Assembly (NCBI GenBank): GCA_049967655.1
Contig: JBMFSH010000008.1
Location: 1 to 64,000 of the forward strand
Direction: 5' to 3'
Source: Acidobacteriota bacterium
GTDB lineage: Bacteria; Acidobacteriota; UBA4820; DSQY01
DNA: 64,000 nucleotides
Each line of letters starts with the position of its first letter. Position 1 is the first letter of the stretch. The notes below the pieces were generated by a model, which was not told where the DNA came from, made no database searches, and was given only the letters and a program-made list of their open reading frames with translations. Positions 59,276-64,000 of the stretch are shown here, one piece after another. Position numbers and translations under genes: made by a program.

Positions 59276-59435
59276 GGGCTAACGGTAGCACAGCTTGTGG
59301 CGGGCAGCCTCCGGGAAACAGGGAATCAGGGAGAGCGCTCCAGAGACTTCGGGCTCTCCAGTTCCCTTTCCCTGTCACCCTGTCTCGCCGTCTCCCTGTT
59401 TCTCTCCGAGAAGGAGGGGGGCCCCCATAAGCCGA

Positions 59436-59457
59436 AGAGGGAGCCGAAGCTCCCTCT
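59436..59457 (-). terminator. Hairpin downstream of the tRNA
   Basis: Minus strand AGAGGGAGC-TTCG-GCTCCCTCT. Confidence 0.6.
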
Positions 59458-59470
59458 CGTCAAATTAGGA

Positions 59471-59545
59471 TGGTGGGCGATGCTGGATTCGAACCAGCGA
59501 CTCCTACCGTGTGAGGATAGTACTCTCCCGCTGAGTTAATCGCCC
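59471..59545 (-). tRNA. tRNA-Val (anticodon CAC)
   Basis: GGGCGATTAACTCAGCGGGAGAGTACTATCCT-CAC-ACGGTAGGAGTCGCTGGTTCGAATCCAGCATCGCCCACCA folds as a cloverleaf with TTCGAA T-loop and encoded CCA. Confidence 0.95.
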
Positions 59546-59556
59546 ACGGGTTGTTC

Positions 59557-59586
59557 ATGATAGGGGAGGCCCCAGTGCCCTGTCAA
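59557..59586 (-). promoter_or_regulatory. sigma70 promoter of tRNA-Val
   Basis: Minus strand TTGACA-N18-TATCAT just upstream of the tRNA. Confidence 0.7.
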
Positions 59587-59753
59587 GTGGAACGGCGGGC
59601 CCCTCGGGTTGCCCGGAGTCTGGGTGTTCGAGTAGACTCTGAGTCTGTCCGCCAGCCTCAAGGCCTTTGGCGGGTGGAGGATGAACGCCGGCTCTCCTCG
59701 AACGAGCCGCCCGAACCCCGTCGCACAGCGGGTTCCACGCTGGAGGTTCACCC

Positions 59754-61385
59754 ATGGCCAATAATCTGATCCCCGTCCCGAAGCCGCAGAACGAGCCGGT
59801 CTTCTCCTACGCCCCCGGCTCCCCCGAGAAGAAAATCCTCAAGGCCGAACTGAGCCGCATGCTCCGCGAGGAGATCGAGATCCCCCTCGTCATCGGCGGG
59901 AAGGAAGTCCGCACGGGCAACACGGCGAAGGCCGTCTGCCCCCACGACCACAAGCACGTTCTGGCCACCTACCACCAGGCCGGCCCGAAGGAGGTGGAGC
60001 AGGCCATCGTCGCCTCCCAGGAGGCCTGGAAGGAGTGGTCGGCCATGCCATGGGAGCACCGGGCGGCCATCTTCCTGAAGGCCGCCGACCTCCTGGGCGG
60101 CCCCATGCGTGCGACGGCCAACGCGGCGACCATGCTCAACCAGAGCAAGACGGCCTTCCAGGCGGAGATCGACTCGGCCTGCGAGCTCATCGACTTCTAC
60201 CGCTTCAACCCCTACTACATGCAGTTCGTCTACCAGCAGCAGCCGGACAGCGTGAAGGGCATCTGGGACTACGCCGAGTACCGTGCGCTGGAGGGCTTCA
60301 TCTTCGCCGTGACGCCCTTCAACTTCACCTCCATCGCGGGCAATCTGCCCACGGCGCCCGCCATGATGGGCAACGTGGTGCTCTGGAAGCCCGCCTCCTC
60401 GGCGGTCTTCTCGGCCTACCAGATCCTCAAAGTCCTGCAGGCGGCGGGGCTACCCGACGGCGTGATCAACTTCGTACCGGGCCGCGGCGGGGCGGTAGGT
60501 GACCCCGTCCTCGCCAGCCCCCACTTCGCCGGCGTCCACTTCACCGGCTCCACGGCGGTCTTCCAGGGTATGTGGAGGACCATCGGCGCCAACATCGCGA
60601 AGTACAAGAGCTACCCGCGCATCGTTGGAGAGACGGGCGGCAAGGACTTCGTCTTCGCCCACGCCAGCGCCGACTCCGCAGCCCTCGTCACGGCCCTGGT
60701 GCGCGGCGCCTTCGAGTTTCAGGGTCAAAAGTGTTCGGCCGCCTCCCGCGCTTACATCCCGAAGAGCCTCTGGCCCAAGGTGAAGGAGCAGCTCCTGGCC
60801 CAGATCGCCGAGATCAAGATGGGTTCTCCCCTCGATTTCCGAAACTTCATGACGGCGGTCATCGACCAGAACGCCTTCAAGGACCACAAGGGCTACATCG
60901 ACTTCGCCAAGGCCTCGCCCGAGGCAGAGATCCTGTGCGGCGGCGGCTGCGACGACTCCCTCGGCTACTTTATCCAGCCCACCGTGGTCCAGACCACCAA
61001 TCCCAAGTTCAAGCTCATGGAGGAAGAGATCTTCGGCCCCGTCCTCACCCTCTACGTCTACGAGGACACCAGGCTGGACGAAACCCTCGAGCTCTGCGAC
61101 ACCACGAGTCCCTACGCCCTCACGGGCGCCGTCTTCGGCACCGACCGCAAGGCCATCATGAAGATGATGGAGCGCCTGCGGCACTCCTCGGGGAATTTCT
61201 ACATCAACGACAAGCCCACGGGCGCCGTGGTGAGCCAGCAGCCCTTCGGCGGCGGCCGCGCCAGCGGCACCAACGACAAGGCGGGCTCCTACCTCAACCT
61301 CATTCGCTGGACCAGCATGCGCGCCGTCAAGGAGACCTTCGTCCCCCCCACCCACTTCGCCTACCCCTTCATGGCGGAGGAGTAG
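59754..61385 (+). CDS. pruA: L-glutamate gamma-semialdehyde (P5C) dehydrogenase
   Basis: NEPV..YAPGS, PFNFTSIAGNL, FTGST, GETGGKDF, FQGQKCSA, EEIFGP, INDKPTGAVV. Confidence 0.95.
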   Translation: MANNLIPVPKPQNEPVFSYAPGSPEKKILKAELSRMLREEIEIPLVIGGKEVRTGNTAKAVCPHDHKHVLATYHQAGPKEVEQAIVASQEAWKEWSAMPWEHRAAIFLKAADLLGGPMRATANAATMLNQSKTAFQAEIDSACELIDFYRFNPYYMQFVYQQQPDSVKGIWDYAEYRALEGFIFAVTPFNFTSIAGNLPTAPAMMGNVVLWKPASSAVFSAYQILKVLQAAGLPDGVINFVPGRGGAVGDPVLASPHFAGVHFTGSTAVFQGMWRTIGANIAKYKSYPRIVGETGGKDFVFAHASADSAALVTALVRGAFEFQGQKCSAASRAYIPKSLWPKVKEQLLAQIAEIKMGSPLDFRNFMTAVIDQNAFKDHKGYIDFAKASPEAEILCGGGCDDSLGYFIQPTVVQTTNPKFKLMEEEIFGPVLTLYVYEDTRLDETLELCDTTSPYALTGAVFGTDRKAIMKMMERLRHSSGNFYINDKPTGAVVSQQPFGGGRASGTNDKAGSYLNLIRWTSMRAVKETFVPPTHFAYPFMAEE

Positions 61386-61438
61386 GGAGAACCCATCACC
61401 ACGGTGCCACAGGCACGGTGGCAGCAAGCTTTCGTGGA

Positions 61439-61466
61439 AAGGGCGGGCCGGCGGTCCGCCCTTCTT
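61439..61466. terminator. Terminator between convergent pruA and the ACT-domain gene
   Basis: AAGGGCGGGCC-GGC-GGTCCGCCCTT-CTT. Confidence 0.65.
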
Positions 61467-61470
61467 GTAT

Positions 61471-62127
61471 TTACGGCCAGAAGTAGGCCTTGAGGATGGA
61501 GAAGGCCCGGTCCACGTCGCGCTTTTCCAGAACGATGGTGAGCTCGGTGTAGGTGGAGACGAGCTCCACCACGTTGATGCCGGCCCACATCAGCTGTTTG
61601 AGGATGGAGTAGTAGACGCCGGGCATGTCCACGATGCGGGGGGTGTAGTGGATGCCCACGGCGGCGAGATCCCGGAGGCGGGCCACGCGTCGCTCCTGCT
61701 CGAACACCCTCTCCACGAGAGGCTCCAGCCCCGCGTTCACCATGACGGTCATCTCGTGCACGCCGTGGGTGAAGGTCACGAAGGCGTGGCCCTCCCCGCG
61801 CACCTCCGCCAGGAGGGCCGTCTGACACCGGAGAATGGTGGGGGAATGCTGAAAGGTGAACTCGGTGATGTCGGAGCGCACCGTCACATCCTGGATCTGG
61901 CGGCCCACCTTCTTGGGGGTGGAGGCCTTCCGGGCGAGCCGCCCCGAAAGGCGGCTCAAGGCTACGATCACGGCCCCCTCACCCACGGGCTTCCGAGCCT
62001 CGGCCTCCACCTGGGGGCGGATGGCGCGCGCCACCGCCGAGAGGTTCAGGATCCCCGAGGCCAGTCCCTCTTCGAGGACCGGCGCCCCCCGGACGATGCG
62101 CCCCACGGCCGCGGCGACGGTGATCAT
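61471..62127 (-). CDS. ACT-like domain protein with N-terminal helical (HTH-like) region; putative amino-acid-sensing regulator
   Basis: GILNLSAVARAIRP..AVIVALSR N-terminus; C-terminal PGVYYSILKQLMWAGINVVELVSTYTELTIVL is ACT-like; no kinase domain. Confidence 0.7.
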   Translation of the reverse strand: MITVAAAVGRIVRGAPVLEEGLASGILNLSAVARAIRPQVEAEARKPVGEGAVIVALSRLSGRLARKASTPKKVGRQIQDVTVRSDITEFTFQHSPTILRCQTALLAEVRGEGHAFVTFTHGVHEMTVMVNAGLEPLVERVFEQERRVARLRDLAAVGIHYTPRIVDMPGVYYSILKQLMWAGINVVELVSTYTELTIVLEKRDVDRAFSILKAYFWP

Positions 62128-62177
62128 GTTCGAAATATAACACTTTTCTTCGAATCATGAAAGATTCATCCAGATTT

Positions 62178-62206
62178 TTGACGTCCGCGTTCCCGCGGGC
62201 CAGAAT
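62178..62206 (+). promoter_or_regulatory. sigma70 promoter of the lysW operon
   Basis: TTGACG-N17-CAGAAT, then GGAGG RBS before lysW. Confidence 0.65.
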
Positions 62207-62229
62207 GCGCCCTCTTGTGGAGGTGCAAC

Positions 62230-62406
62230 ATGACCGCTTCCTACGCTCTCTGCCCCGTCTGCGACGCCCAAGTCCCCGTTCCCCCGAACCCTGTGCTTTC
62301 CGAACTCCTGGTCTGCGAATCGTGCAGCGTGGCCTTGGAGGTCCGCGCGCTAGACCCCGTGGTCCTGGACGAGGCCCCCCAGGAAGAAGAGGACTGGGGC
62401 CAGTGA
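62230..62406 (+). CDS. lysW: LysW-type amino-group carrier protein (C-terminus EDWGQ)
   Basis: CPVC..CESC zinc ribbon, LEV, acidic tail EEEDWGQ; upstream of homocitrate synthase and lysX. Confidence 0.9.
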   Translation: MTASYALCPVCDAQVPVPPNPVLSELLVCESCSVALEVRALDPVVLDEAPQEEEDWGQ

Positions 62407-63617
62407 GCCTCACCATCCTGGACACCACCCTGCGCGAAGGCGAGCAGACGCCGGGCGTCTGCTTCGACGTCCACATCAAGCTCGCCATCGCCGACCTGCT
62501 CGACCGCGTGGGGGTGGAGGTGATCGAGGCGGGTCATCCCGCCGTCACCGAGGAGATTCGTCGCTCCGTGACGCTTCTGGCGGCCGGGGGCCTGGGCCCC
62601 CGCGTGGGCGCCCACGCCCGCTCGCTGGAGAGCGACGTGGACCTGGCCCTCGCGTGCGGCGTCGGCTTCCTCGGAGTCTTCTACTGCGTCACCGACGAGC
62701 GGCTGGAGGACCACCGCCAGACCCTGACCCGCGCCCTGGACCGCATCGCTCGCGTCATCGCCTATGCGCGGGAGCGGCGGCCGGACCTCTGGATCCGCTA
62801 CACCCCCGAGGACACCGTGCGGAGCCCCTTCGAGAACGTCCTCTCGGCCGCCACGGCCGCCGTGCACGCCGGGGCCGACATCATCAGCGTGGCGGACACC
62901 ACGGGCTTCCTGATCCCGGGGACTCCCCGAGACATGTACGGCTTTGTGGCCCGCCTGCGCGACGGTCTCGCGGCGCGCGGGGCCTTTCCCAAGATTGCCG
63001 TGCACTGCCACAACGATCGCGGGCTTGCCCTCGCCAACGTGCTGGACGGCCTTCGCGCGGGAGCCGAGGTCGTGGACGCGAGCGTCCTGGGCCTCGGCGA
63101 GCGGGCCGGCATCGTGGACCTGGCGACGCTGCTCGCGGTGCTGGCCCACGATTTCGGAGAGGCGGAGCGGTGGGATCTCACCGTCCTGCCCGAGCTCTAC
63201 GATCTCGTGTCGCGCTACGCCCGCATCCCGGTTCCGGCGCACTTCCCGGTCACGGGGCGCAACGCCTTCACCCACTGCGCCGGCATCCACACCCAGGCCG
63301 CCACCCGCAACCCGCTGCACTACCAGAGCCTGCCCGCCGAGCTCGTGGGCCGGAAATCGGAGATCGCCCTCGACCACATGTCGGGGTTGGCCTCGGTCCG
63401 CCACTGCCTGGCGCTCCTCGGAATCGAGGCCGGCGCGGAGCTGGCGCGCGCGGTGCTCCGCAGGGTCAAGGATGTGGGCCAGACGGGCCGCACCGTGGAC
63501 CTCATCGAGCTCAAGTACATCGTGCGCGCCCTGGAAGCGTCAGAGGGGGGATGGCGCGTTGACGCCGTCGCGACCTCGCTCGGGCCGGAGCCCGAGGAGA
63601 AGACCGGCACCTGCTGA
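62403..63617 (+). CDS. Homocitrate synthase (DRE-TIM, LeuA family without regulatory domain)
   Basis: LDTTLREGEQ, PEDTVRS, ADTTG, HCHNDRG, GLGERAG, HCAGIH; GTGA-coupled to lysW in a LysW operon. Confidence 0.8.
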   Translation: MSLTILDTTLREGEQTPGVCFDVHIKLAIADLLDRVGVEVIEAGHPAVTEEIRRSVTLLAAGGLGPRVGAHARSLESDVDLALACGVGFLGVFYCVTDERLEDHRQTLTRALDRIARVIAYARERRPDLWIRYTPEDTVRSPFENVLSAATAAVHAGADIISVADTTGFLIPGTPRDMYGFVARLRDGLAARGAFPKIAVHCHNDRGLALANVLDGLRAGAEVVDASVLGLGERAGIVDLATLLAVLAHDFGEAERWDLTVLPELYDLVSRYARIPVPAHFPVTGRNAFTHCAGIHTQAATRNPLHYQSLPAELVGRKSEIALDHMSGLASVRHCLALLGIEAGAELARAVLRRVKDVGQTGRTVDLIELKYIVRALEASEGGWRVDAVATSLGPEPEEKTGTC

Positions 63618-63641
63618 AGGGGCCGGGCCGAAGGAGAGACG

Positions 63642-64000
63642 ATGGTCCGCATCGGTTTTCTGCATTCCGTCATCCGACGCGAGGAGAAGCTCCTCCTCGA
63701 AACCCTGGCCGCCCAGGCCGGCGTGGAGGTGGTGCCCCTGGATGACCGTACGCTCACCTTCGCCCTGCCGGGCCGCCCGGCCGCCATGGACCTGGTGCTG
63801 GACCGCTCCCTCACGCACTCCAGGGCCCTCTACGCGCTTCGTCTCTTCGAGAGCGCCGGCGTGCGGTGCGTCAACCCCTCCCGCGCCGTCGCCCTCTGCG
63901 GCGACAAGCTCCTGACCAGCATCGCCCTGGCGGAGGCGGGCATCCCTCAGCCAGAGGTTCGGACCGCCTTCACGCCCGAGGCCGCCCTCGCCGCCATCGA
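63642..64000 (+). CDS. lysX: LysX/ArgX RimK-family ATP-grasp ligase (5' part, runs off the window)
   Basis: MVRIGFLHSVIRREEKLL..DLVLDRS..CVNPSRAVALCGDKLLTS..GIPQP; follows lysW and homocitrate synthase. Confidence 0.88.
   Translation, partial: MVRIGFLHSVIRREEKLLLETLAAQAGVEVVPLDDRTLTFALPGRPAAMDLVLDRSLTHSRALYALRLFESAGVRCVNPSRAVALCGDKLLTSIALAEAGIPQPEVRTAFTPEAALAAI

Noticed and set aside
59471..59545. tRNA-Val as an island integration site
   Set aside because: Flanked by core genes (aroK, pruA); no integrase or duplicated tRNA 3' end seen in the window

Overview
High-GC bacterial chromosomal window, gene-dense, with no CRISPR array, integrase or transposase recognisable. An anaerobic or facultative Acidobacteriota-like host is plausible but is inference only. 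(1) 343-12886 is a sulfur/anaerobic-respiration island: a sigma54-type promoter drives a minus-strand operon encoding an HTH/Cys-rich regulator, a DsrK/HmcF-like Fe-S/CCG protein, a NarI/DsrM/HmcE-like cytochrome b, an HybA/HmcB-like ferredoxin without a Tat signal, an NrfD/HmcC-like membrane protein fused to an 8-heme class III-like cytochrome c, and RR-HK-RR signalling genes. Divergent from it are a PAS sigma54 activator, a CbiA/DsrN-family amidase and sat. (2) 12977-22716 holds mixed housekeeping genes: a trypsin-fold pseudo-protease, yajQ, hemolysin III, NADP oxidoreductase, folA, a PP2C remnant, pseudouridine synthase, nth, eukaryote-type citrate synthase and a DUF4139-like protein. (3) 22742-46211 is an efflux cluster: two divergent RND operons around a two-component system, a TetR-TolC-EmrA-EmrB-EmrB operon, speA and a third EmrB. 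(4) 46342-61385 is core metabolism: archaeal-type GAPDH, pyrK-pyrD-pyrF, a radical SAM protein, lon, rpsO-pnp, aroK, tRNA-Val(CAC) and pruA. (5) 61471-64000 starts a LysW-type lysine operon whose carrier ends in EDWGQ instead of EDWGE, divergent from a probably leaderless HTH/ACT-like gene. The strongest candidates for an undescribed system are the Hmc/DsrMKJOP-like complex with the NrfD-octaheme fusion and the Gln-terminated LysW with its putative regulator.
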